From assembly GCA_038154245.1 (NCBI GenBank), contig JAYOZP010000004.1, positions 78,666-110,665 on the forward strand: a stretch of DNA of 32,000 nt, given 5' to 3'. Below, piece by piece: positions 25,774 through 32,000 of the stretch. The position numbers were made by a program, and so were the translations under genes. The DNA is from Nitrospinales bacterium. GTDB taxonomy: Bacteria; Nitrospinota; Nitrospinia; Nitrospinales; JAJDAT01. Below the pieces are notes generated by a model. That model did no database searches. It was not told where the DNA came from and saw nothing but the letters and a program-made list of their open reading frames with translations. How positions within the stretch are numbered: the stretch's first letter is position 1; each line of letters begins with the position of its first letter.

Positions 25774-25858
25774 GTCCCTTTCAGTTTGCCTTTCTTGAAC
25801 CGCAACTTTCGTCTAATAGCGAAAATTGAGTTGCCCAATAAAATAGGAGTGTATTGAA

Positions 25859-26221
25859 ATGATCAAATTCGTGATGTGTTTAACCCGGCGCTCGGACATG
25901 ACTCGCCAACAGTTTCAAGATTATTGGATGAATAACCACGGCCCTTTCTTCATGAAAAATGCCGACGTTATGAGAGCTAAAAAATATGTGCAATCTCTAA
26001 CGATAAATACCCCACTAAATGAAGGACTAAGAACTTCCAGAGGCATGTTGCCAGAATACGACGGCGTCGCCGAGGTGTGGTTTGAATCGGAACAAGATCT
26101 AATGGAAGCAATGAGTTCGCCAGAAGGGCAAAAATTAAGCGCCGCGCTACTTGAAGACGAGAGGAATTTTATCGATCACTCTAAATCTTCGGCATTCATT
26201 GTTAGAGAGAAAGAGCTTTAG
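25859..26221 (+). CDS. EthD domain-containing protein
   Basis: 120 aa, with an AGGAG ribosome-binding site at 9 nt. The N-terminus MIKFVMCLTRRSDMTRQQFQDYWMNNHGPF is typical of EthD-family proteins. Confidence 0.75.
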   Translation: MIKFVMCLTRRSDMTRQQFQDYWMNNHGPFFMKNADVMRAKKYVQSLTINTPLNEGLRTSRGMLPEYDGVAEVWFESEQDLMEAMSSPEGQKLSAALLEDERNFIDHSKSSAFIVREKEL

Positions 26222-26907
26222 CCTAGCTCCCTTGCTGTGGTGTTCTCTGGAACTTTTTTCTCAATTCGAGTTTTAAAAGTTTTTTTCCAGCTATCAGATA
26301 AAACTGTATTCTTTATTAGAACCTCCATCTTTTTATAGTTAAGCTTGTCTCGGTGCATCAACTGATTTGCAGATTCAACCGAGACCTTTAGGGAACCTTC
26401 TTTTAAAAGACTCATTTCCATATTCGATTCTACCCAACCAGGCTGAATAACTCTGAAGTAATAACCGCTAAACCCAGAGTTTTGCATATGGGAAACCATA
26501 TCGTTGATCGCAAACTTATTATTTAATTTATGGCACGGTTGCCGAGGTTGGCTGCATTCAATAATGGCGTCGCCAATTTTAAACTGATCCCCAATATGTA
26601 TCCCAGCTTCCGTTAAGCCCGAGATACTCAAATTTTCCCCAAAAGCCCCAGCCTTTAGTTTTCGATTGATCCTGTTTTCCCAAAAAGGAAAATGATCTAC
26701 GCAATAAGCGCAAACAGCCTTGTCAGGGCCGCCATGATTTTTATTATCAGCAACCTTGTCTCCTTCAAGCCCCAAATGTCCCAAATAAATTTCCCCCTCT
26801 ATTGGGTTTTTAAATATTCCAGAAAATAGAGCCTTGCCTTTAGTATTTAAAACCTTTTTAGACGTGGAAATGTTTATGGATACAATTTGAGGCTTGTCGT
26901 TTTGCAT
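26218..26907 (-). CDS. MOSC domain-containing protein (YiiM-like)
   Basis: Motifs GENLSISGL and IGDAIIECSQPRQPCHKL (conserved MOSC cysteine), plus a C-terminal helical extension as in YiiM. Its stop overlaps the ethD stop by 4 nt in convergent orientation. Confidence 0.85.
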   Translation of the reverse strand: MQNDKPQIVSINISTSKKVLNTKGKALFSGIFKNPIEGEIYLGHLGLEGDKVADNKNHGGPDKAVCAYCVDHFPFWENRINRKLKAGAFGENLSISGLTEAGIHIGDQFKIGDAIIECSQPRQPCHKLNNKFAINDMVSHMQNSGFSGYYFRVIQPGWVESNMEMSLLKEGSLKVSVESANQLMHRDKLNYKKMEVLIKNTVLSDSWKKTFKTRIEKKVPENTTARELG

Positions 26908-26934
26908 AGTCAGGTTTTTCCAAGAAAAGATAGG

Positions 26935-27041
26935 TTAAGGAGACCTCTAAAATTTAAGATTTGCCAAGAGCATAATCCTTGAAATAAGGGCTTAGGCCAC
27001 AGCAAACTAGTAAAAATACTAATTATCAGAGGCGCTCTTAA
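26935..27041. repeat. 107-bp MITE-like intergenic repeat, copy B
   Basis: Ungapped alignment to 2227-2333, including a 35/36 core GGGCTTAGGC(G/C)ACAGCAAACTAGTAAAAA. Terminal inverted repeats match 12/19. The central hairpin is degraded relative to copy A. Confidence 0.6.
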
Positions 27042-27056
27042 ATTATTATTTCGCGG

Positions 27057-27539
27057 TTAATTTCTTATTTTAGAGAAGACATAGCCATTTTTTTGCTGGG
27101 CGGTGTGACACTGAAAACAACTCTTGCCGCCATCGCCTACCAGTCGTTTACTTTTGCTATTTCCAGAAAACCCCTCAAACCCCCATCCTCCTGTGGATTT
27201 ATAGTTGTTTTCGTTTTTGACCATAACGCCCACAAGTTTCCTCTCGCCCTCCTGAATAGCATGACCCTTTTGGCTGTAACCCAACAGATCGAACACAAGG
27301 ACAGAACCGTCGGAAAAAGTTCCAGTTTTAAATCCATTTAGCGCTTTGTCGTTTCCATATATATGATGGATGCCTTGAAACGGATTCTCCAAAGGATGTC
27401 CAGGTTCGATAAGCATGGATTTTACATGCGCCCAATTGCGATACCCCTCGGGGTAGTCAACCTTGGATTTATCCGCAAAAGCTTGACTGGCAAGAAAAGA
27501 AAAGGCGGTAAGCGTTAAAATCAAAAAATAGTTTTTCAT
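27057..27539 (-). CDS. Cytochrome P460 / c-prime-beta family periplasmic haem protein
   Basis: Signal peptide MKNYFLILTLTAFSFLASQAFA. YRNWAHVKS ... GIHHIYGN ... FSDGSVLVFDLL resembles the P460 family. A single C-terminal CFQCH haem-binding motif is present. GGGAG ribosome-binding site. Confidence 0.7.
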   Translation of the reverse strand: MKNYFLILTLTAFSFLASQAFADKSKVDYPEGYRNWAHVKSMLIEPGHPLENPFQGIHHIYGNDKALNGFKTGTFSDGSVLVFDLLGYSQKGHAIQEGERKLVGVMVKNENNYKSTGGWGFEGFSGNSKSKRLVGDGGKSCFQCHTAQQKNGYVFSKIRN

Positions 27540-27571
27540 CTTTAAAATCTCCCGATTGACATTTCATAATA

Positions 27572-27590
27572 TAGTTTCGACTCGAAACTA
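27572..27590. promoter_or_regulatory. Operator O1: perfect 9-1-9 palindrome
   Basis: TAGTTTCGA-C-TCGAAACTA. It begins 6 nt downstream of the minus-strand -10 (TACTAT) and so covers the predicted P460 transcription start. Confidence 0.6.
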
Positions 27591-27595
27591 AATAA

Positions 27596-27624
27596 ATAGT
27601 AACCTCAATAAAAACATTTGTCAA
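27596..27624 (-). promoter_or_regulatory. Sigma70-type promoter for the P460-MOSC genes
   Basis: On the minus strand: TTGACA (27619-27624), 17-nt spacer, TACTAT (27596-27601). Confidence 0.55.
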
Positions 27625-27646
27625 ACTAATTTCGAATCGATACAAT
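27618..27646 (+). promoter_or_regulatory. Sigma70-type promoter for the marR-family gene (predicts a leaderless or near-leaderless mRNA)
   Basis: TTGTCA (27618-27623), 17-nt spacer, TACAAT (27641-27646). The ATG lies at 27653, only 6 nt after the -10 element. The -35 hexamer overlaps the -35 of the opposing promoter. Confidence 0.55.
27627..27645. promoter_or_regulatory. Operator O2: imperfect 9-1-9 copy of O1
   Basis: TAATTTCGA-A-TCGATACAA matches O1 at 15/18 half-site positions. It lies across the spacer and -10 of the marR promoter. Its centre is 55 bp from the O1 centre. Confidence 0.5.
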
Positions 27647-27652
27647 GTATTT

Positions 27653-28216
27653 ATGAATTCTGAACTATTACACGAATATATAGAGAGAATATCTTGCTTA
27701 TTGGGATCGGAGACCAGGGTGGTAGGAACCGACTTGAACCTACAACCGGTTCAATTAAACGCTCTAAATTACATCAGCCGTTCCAATCGCTATTCTAATA
27801 CTCCGCAAGGGGTGACGGAATACTTGGGTTTAACAAAAGGGACGGTGTCTCAGACATTGGCCATCCTAGAATCCAATGGCCTAATTAAGAAAAGCCCCGA
27901 CAAAAGAGATGGTCGGATAGTTCGATTGAGTGTCACCCCCGCAGGGAATAAATTATTAAGAAAAGCGATTCCTTCGCCATCCATGCGAAATGCTTGGGGA
28001 GAATTAGATCGGCGGGATCAAAACGCCCTTGTGGAAGGGTTGAAGCAGGTTTTATTTGAAATGCAGAAAAAAAATGGTATGCAAGCTTTTGGAATTTGTG
28101 GAACCTGTCGCTTTAATTCCAAGAAAGAGGAAAAGAAATTTTTCTGTGAATTGACCCAGGAAAACTTGAGTCCGAAAGACACCGAACTCCTTTGCAGAGA
28201 ACACCAGCCGACATAA
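27653..28216 (+). CDS. MarR family transcriptional regulator with a C-terminal four-cysteine extension
   Basis: Winged-HTH region TEYLGLTKGTVSQTLAILESNGLIKKSPDKRDGRIVRLSVTPAGNKLL. The tail carries C149-x2-C152-x12-C165-x15-C181. Confidence 0.85.
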   Translation: MNSELLHEYIERISCLLGSETRVVGTDLNLQPVQLNALNYISRSNRYSNTPQGVTEYLGLTKGTVSQTLAILESNGLIKKSPDKRDGRIVRLSVTPAGNKLLRKAIPSPSMRNAWGELDRRDQNALVEGLKQVLFEMQKKNGMQAFGICGTCRFNSKKEEKKFFCELTQENLSPKDTELLCREHQPT

Positions 28217-28282
28217 GATGAGGGGATTTTTTTCGATCACTCTAAATCCTCGGCATTCATTGTCAGAGAGAAAGAGCCTTAA
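28217..28282 (+). pseudogene. Remnant of the 3' end of a second ethD-like gene
   Basis: 66 nt matching 26156-26221 at 58/66 positions. It translates as DEGIFFDHSKSSAFIVREKEP-stop, against DERNFIDHSKSSAFIVREKEL-stop in ethD. It begins immediately after the marR TAA, in the same frame. Confidence 0.6.
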
Positions 28283-28309
28283 ATAACTAAGCGGGATACA
28301 TCAACAAGT

Positions 28310-29140
28310 TCAAGAGTTCGCGCTTAGTTTATCGCGTGCATCTTTAACGTCAGATATCCACAGATCGTCGGTTTGATCGTCAATCGACAGTAATTGTTTT
28401 GCGATAAGCGGCAACAAAGATTTATCGCCAAACTCTGCGGCAGCTTCAAATATTAATGTTGTTGGACTAGGTTTCATCAGTTCCTGTTGAAGAATATGAA
28501 GAACACGCTTATCCTTCCTAAAAGCAAGACCTAGGATTGCTTCACACCTTGTATCGCAATCCAGATCGTCAACTCTAGCCATAAGCGCCTTTCGAATTGC
28601 GGGGGTATCCGTGTCGATTTGGGTCCCCAATCCAAAAGTCGCCCAGTCGCGAACTTTTGCAGATGTATCTCTAGTCAATCTAATTAGGGTTGAAATAGAA
28701 ACCTTATCTTCATGCGTCAAAAGGGCAAACGCAACGGCAAGTCTTACATCCGCTAAATTGTGATTGGCAAATGAAGATAATTTTCTAACTCCTTTAGTAT
28801 CGTCAGAGTCTTGGAGATGTCCAATCGCATAAAGTACAAATATAAGGATTTTGGGATTTTTTTGGGAAGCTAGAAGCGATCGAATAATTGTTAGGGACTT
28901 ACTTCGATAAGATTGATGATATATCCACAATTGAGCAAGTATATTTATTCCCAATATTCTCTTTGTTATATTTCTATTTTGACAAAGTTTTTGCGCCTTT
29001 TGAAACACCTCGTCATTCCCACGGGCACGTAACTCGGAAACACAATTCCAATATGACTCGCTGTTTTCAGACGATGCCAATGCACGCCTAATAAGAGTAT
29101 CGACGCCCCAGGATTTTCTTCCGCCAACTCGTTTACTCAT
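28310..29140 (-). CDS. HEAT-repeat (PBS-lyase-like) protein
   Basis: 276 aa, all-helical, with repeated D-x-x-VR-x-x-A-x-x-(A/G)L-type units (DVRLAVAFALL, AKVRDWATFGLG, CDTRCEAILGLA). Confidence 0.7.
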   Translation of the reverse strand: MSKRVGGRKSWGVDTLIRRALASSENSESYWNCVSELRARGNDEVFQKAQKLCQNRNITKRILGINILAQLWIYHQSYRSKSLTIIRSLLASQKNPKILIFVLYAIGHLQDSDDTKGVRKLSSFANHNLADVRLAVAFALLTHEDKVSISTLIRLTRDTSAKVRDWATFGLGTQIDTDTPAIRKALMARVDDLDCDTRCEAILGLAFRKDKRVLHILQQELMKPSPTTLIFEAAAEFGDKSLLPLIAKQLLSIDDQTDDLWISDVKDARDKLSANS

Positions 29141-29152
29141 TATGTTTTCTTT

Positions 29153-29371
29153 TCATGTACAACCTTCATTGGTCGAGAGCCGATCTTTAGGAGTTTTCTT
29201 GATTCCTTCATCAAAGATAACGATTCTAGTCGACAATGAATGAACCATCAATTCGCTTTTACCCCATCCCTTGCAATTCTTCTCTATAAAATGCCAGAAT
29301 GGGTCTACCAAATCCTCATTAAATAAGAGTCCCTTATAGAATCCGATGATTATTAAGAGACTGCTAGGACG
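29153..29371 (-). pseudogene. Open frame without a canonical start, immediately upstream of the HEAT gene (possible gene remnant)
   Basis: 72 sense codons between two stops: RPSSLLIIIGFYKGLLFNEDLVDPFWHFIEKNCKGWGKSELMVHSLSTRIVIFDEGIKKTPKDRLSTNEGCT. The only ATG leaves 31 aa. The frame ends 13 nt before the HEAT ATG. I recognise no family. Confidence 0.2.
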
Positions 29372-29394
29372 TTACCTGAAAAGGATTAAACCCT

Positions 29395-30273
29395 ATTAAT
29401 TTTATAAATGCGGTAAAAACCAATTTCATTAAGTATTCCAATTTTTCAGGAAGGGCTTCAAGGAGTGAATATTGGTATTTCTCGCTATTCATACTCCTTT
29501 TGTCCTGTTTGACTATGACTATTGACGCAATCGTTTTTGAGGTTTCATTTTGGGAATCCGATGCAGAAAATAGTCCGGTAAACTCTATCGCTTCACTCTT
29601 AGTTTTGCTACCCAGTATAGCCGTCTCGGTAAGAAGGTTACATGATATTAATCGTTCCGGCTGGTGGCTTTTAATCGGAATGACCGTTATCGGAATTTTT
29701 CCTCTCATTTTTTGGGCCGCTAAAGAAAGCGATTTAGGCGATAACAGATTTGGAAGCGACCCTCTAGAAAAACCTAATGAAGAAAGAATTTCTAAACCAT
29801 TATCCAAATGGATTCGCTTTTTAGTCATTCCATTTTTTACAGTCAGTTTTATTGGATTAATGGCGCTCGGGTTGGCTGAGCAAATAGGTTTGCTGTCCGA
29901 GCCACAGATTCTTGCAGGGAAACTTCTACCGGACGATCAACGGGAGAAACTTGAGTCAAAAAATATAATTTCCCAGAAGGAAACAGTAAACTATTTTTAT
30001 TTAGAAGAAGCTCTTCCTTTCGCAGAGTTCGGCCATTTATTAACCGAAGATCGATTAATCGTTTATACAATGGATGAAAATGATCAATATGAAAAGTCTG
30101 AGATGCTTTATAAAAACATAAAAACGATAGAGCTAATTGAGGAGGAGGATGGTAGTTTTTATAAAGTTGTTGGGAATGAAAATTCCGCCTATGAATTCCT
30201 ACCTTTAATTTATTCGACGGAATCTAACGACTTTAAAATATTTTTAAGCGAACTTAAAAGCCGTTTAAATTAA
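29395..30273 (+). CDS. DUF805 (YhaH/YhaI-like) inner-membrane protein with an extra TM and a ~130-aa C-terminal soluble extension; apparent ATT start
   Basis: Motifs FSGRASRSEYWYF and RRLHDINRSGWWLL. The first motif is encoded at 29443-29481, upstream of the track's TTG start at 29500. AAGGA (29381-29385) lies 9 nt before ATT 29395, which gives (M)NFINAVKTNFIKYSNFSGRA. Confidence 0.75.
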   Translation: MNFINAVKTNFIKYSNFSGRASRSEYWYFSLFILLLSCLTMTIDAIVFEVSFWESDAENSPVNSIASLLVLLPSIAVSVRRLHDINRSGWWLLIGMTVIGIFPLIFWAAKESDLGDNRFGSDPLEKPNEERISKPLSKWIRFLVIPFFTVSFIGLMALGLAEQIGLLSEPQILAGKLLPDDQREKLESKNIISQKETVNYFYLEEALPFAEFGHLLTEDRLIVYTMDENDQYEKSEMLYKNIKTIELIEEEDGSFYKVVGNENSAYEFLPLIYSTESNDFKIFLSELKSRLN

Positions 30274-30328
30274 TAGGAATACTGGCCAATAGCCCAGCGC
30301 TTTGGGTTTTGAAAGCAAATCTTTAGAC

Positions 30329-31066
30329 TTACTCTTGAAACGCTGATTCTTTATTATAAATCACCGGCATTTCCCCTTTCCACCCGTTCCATATGCCAGC
30401 GTTGCACATTAGATCTGCCATGAAGCGTCCAACATTGATTCGGCTGGTTTTTCCTGCATCGAAGATGGCGCTTCTAGTCGGCGATGGGTGAACGGTGATT
30501 TCGGTTGTCTCTTCTTCATCGGTTAAGTTATCAGGGCGCACCACAGCCCACTCGATTGTTTCGTCGTTCTGGCCAATCTCGGTGCGCAAAAAATCCGCTG
30601 CATTTTCGTTATCAACATGAGGAGGCAACAGTAAACGAAGAAGTAAGATCACACACTTTTGACCAAACGATATCTTTTCGTCGAGATCCCGATTGCTGTT
30701 GCCGGCAGTGTTCATGAGCACGAACTTGACGGGTTCTTTTGGTTTGTTCGCCTTGACGGCGTTGCAAAGTCTTCGCGTAGCATCGGTTACAAGCCTGCGC
30801 GGAGAACCAAAAATTCCTTTGAAACTCATATTGTGTCCCAAACACGAAGCCACTGCCGAACATTCTCGGACATGTTTGGTCATCTCGGTATCGCTAAGAT
30901 CAAGGACACTTGAGCGAATCACAGACAAGCAACTATGACTCATAACGCGCTCAGAAAAGTTTTCAGTGGATCGCACAATGATCCTTACGCGCTCACCCTT
31001 CTCAAGCAATTGCTCAACGAGAAGCCGCCCGGTTGCCCCACTCGCTCCCACTACAAGAATTGTCAT
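30329..31066 (-). CDS. NAD(P)H-binding (atypical SDR / NmrA-like) oxidoreductase
   Basis: MTILVVGASGATGRLLVEQLLEKG Rossmann motif, 245 aa, GAGGAA ribosome-binding site. Confidence 0.85.
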   Translation of the reverse strand: MTILVVGASGATGRLLVEQLLEKGERVRIIVRSTENFSERVMSHSCLSVIRSSVLDLSDTEMTKHVRECSAVASCLGHNMSFKGIFGSPRRLVTDATRRLCNAVKANKPKEPVKFVLMNTAGNSNRDLDEKISFGQKCVILLLRLLLPPHVDNENAADFLRTEIGQNDETIEWAVVRPDNLTDEEETTEITVHPSPTRSAIFDAGKTSRINVGRFMADLMCNAGIWNGWKGEMPVIYNKESAFQE

Positions 31067-31448
31067 TGCTATTCCTCTTTTATTTAGAACTCATAATAAT
31101 CGTGATCTGTATTACTAACTATATAGTAAAGACAATTTTTCTTCTTCAACAAACCGTTAGCTATTTTATTCAAAGACTAGGGAAATACCTTATAAGAAAC
31201 CAAGCTCAATAACCGGAAAAAAACCGAAATCCTTCGACAAGTTCGGGATGGCGTTCGAAACGAACTTTGCCGCTTCATTTCTTTTTTTAATAATAGTTAG
31301 TTTTCAGAATTTTTAAAACAGTCATTAGCTACTAGGTCAACTTTTTTCAACGCTGTAGACTTTGTGGTGAGAATGAGGTTTAATTAAGTGCCTACTCATT
31401 TTCAAGCAACAAATTATTTATTATCTTTAGTCTAAGTTAGGAGATTTT

Positions 31449-32000
31449 GTGAACAAAATCATATTATTTTGCGCCATCGTCGTTTTCTCAGCTTCAACCG
31501 CCCTGGCCGAAACGCTAAAAACCAAGGAAGAAAAATTGGGATATAGCGTTGGCTTGAATCTTTCCAGCGAAATTCAAGGCGTCATCAAGGAAGGCAACTT
31601 AAACAAAAAAATGATTTTAAAAGGATTTGAAGACGGTCTTTTAGGAAAGGACGCTTCAATCACGCCGGAAGAATTTCGAAAGGTAATGACTGAGTTCCAA
31701 GCGGAATTGAGAGCGAAGCAAGCCAAGCTTCAAGAAAAGAGAATGAAAAGACAAAATGAGCTTGGAAAAATAAATATGGCTGAGGGGAAAGAGTTTCTCG
31801 CCAAAAACGCCAAAAAGAAAGGCGTTAAAACCACCGCAAGCGGCCTGCAATATAAGGTTATTAAAGCCGGGAAAGGTTCTTCTCCGAAAGCCACCGACGA
31901 GGTAGAAACTCACTATCGCGGAACGTTGATCGATGGGACTGAGTTTGACAGCTCGTATAAGCGCGGCCAGCCAGCGACATTCCCTTTAAATAGAGTCATC
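31449..32000 (+). CDS. FKBP-type peptidyl-prolyl cis-trans isomerase (FkpA/Mip-like), N-terminal 184 codons (3' end beyond the window)
   Basis: GTG start after AGGAG. Signal peptide NKIILFCAIVVFSASTALA. FKBP_N-like helix (LGYSVGLNLSSEI ... EEFRKVMTEFQAEL), then YRGTLIDGTEFDSSYKRGQPATFPLNRVI. The frame is open to the window edge, so it is absent from the track. Confidence 0.85.
   Translation, partial: MNKIILFCAIVVFSASTALAETLKTKEEKLGYSVGLNLSSEIQGVIKEGNLNKKMILKGFEDGLLGKDASITPEEFRKVMTEFQAELRAKQAKLQEKRMKRQNELGKINMAEGKEFLAKNAKKKGVKTTASGLQYKVIKAGKGSSPKATDEVETHYRGTLIDGTEFDSSYKRGQPATFPLNRVI

Noticed and set aside
29364-29828. Minus-strand 154-aa ORF.
   Set aside because: It overlaps the + strand frame that carries unmistakable DUF805 motifs (FSGRASRSEYW, RRLHDINRSGWW), and it has no motifs of its own. 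It is a shadow ORF.
30505-30938. Four overlapping 70-84-aa ORFs in other frames inside the NAD(P)H-binding reductase gene. I considered calling this gene a GC-rich horizontally acquired islet.
   Set aside because: The extra ORFs are the usual by-product of higher GC. Hand counts of 60-nt lines gave about 52 percent here, but also 47-48 percent in the lhr and aldo/keto reductase genes. The contrast is with the AT-rich sensor and orphan genes, not with the genome core. It is not supportable without a proper windowed calculation.
1-32000. I looked for CRISPR arrays, tandem repeats, tRNA/rRNA genes, transposase or integrase genes, and known defence-system genes.
   Set aside because: I found no regularly spaced direct repeats, no tRNA-like cloverleaf candidates in the intergenic regions I read, and no recombinase or defence-type motifs in any ORF. 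A covariance-model or HMM scan would be needed to exclude small RNAs.

Overview
This is a moderately AT-rich chromosomal segment from a Gram-negative bacterium; the taxon cannot be assigned from sequence alone. I recognised no rRNA, tRNA, CRISPR array, transposase or integrase. All protein calls rest on motifs I recognised by eye, not on searches.

Gene content, left to right:
- 1-5.2 kb (minus strand): the 5' part of an Lhr-type DExH helicase that runs off the left edge, a TPR/SAM-methyltransferase fusion, an ICMT/PEMT-like membrane methyltransferase, and two ORFs under 60 aa that the ORF track does not show.
- 5.2-13.9 kb: a signalling locus. A TonB-dependent receptor is translationally coupled to a 1111-aa hybrid histidine kinase whose N-terminus is a secreted YfiR-like (DUF4154) domain. 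A second, paralogous hybrid kinase (PilJ/NarX-type sensor, GAF, PAS) is transcribed divergently.
- 13.9-22.3 kb: housekeeping and redox genes: aldo/keto reductase, nitroreductase, a beta-hydroxyacid dehydrogenase, pyruvate kinase, PMM/PGM, and a PhoX-like (DUF839) gene interrupted by an in-frame TAA.
- 22.5-28.3 kb: a stress/xenobiotic cluster: Pth2, a Rob-like AraC/GyrI regulator, an ArsI/CadI-SigZ pair, EthD, and a MOSC-cytochrome P460-MarR cassette.
- 28.3-32 kb: a HEAT-repeat protein, a DUF805 protein, an NAD(P)H-binding reductase, and the start of an FKBP-type PPIase that runs off the right edge.

Most notable observations:
1. The TonB receptor / YfiR-kinase module, whose stop-less YfiR-kinase junction gives a topologically inconsistent polypeptide.
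2. A 2.06-kb MOSC-P460-MarR cassette bracketed by 66-bp direct repeats of the ethD 3' end, with two 9-1-9 operators over face-to-face promoters.
3. A 107-bp MITE-like repeat present twice.
4. A nonsense codon at a conserved position in the PhoX-like gene.
5. A DUF805 gene whose conserved N-terminus lies upstream of any canonical start codon.
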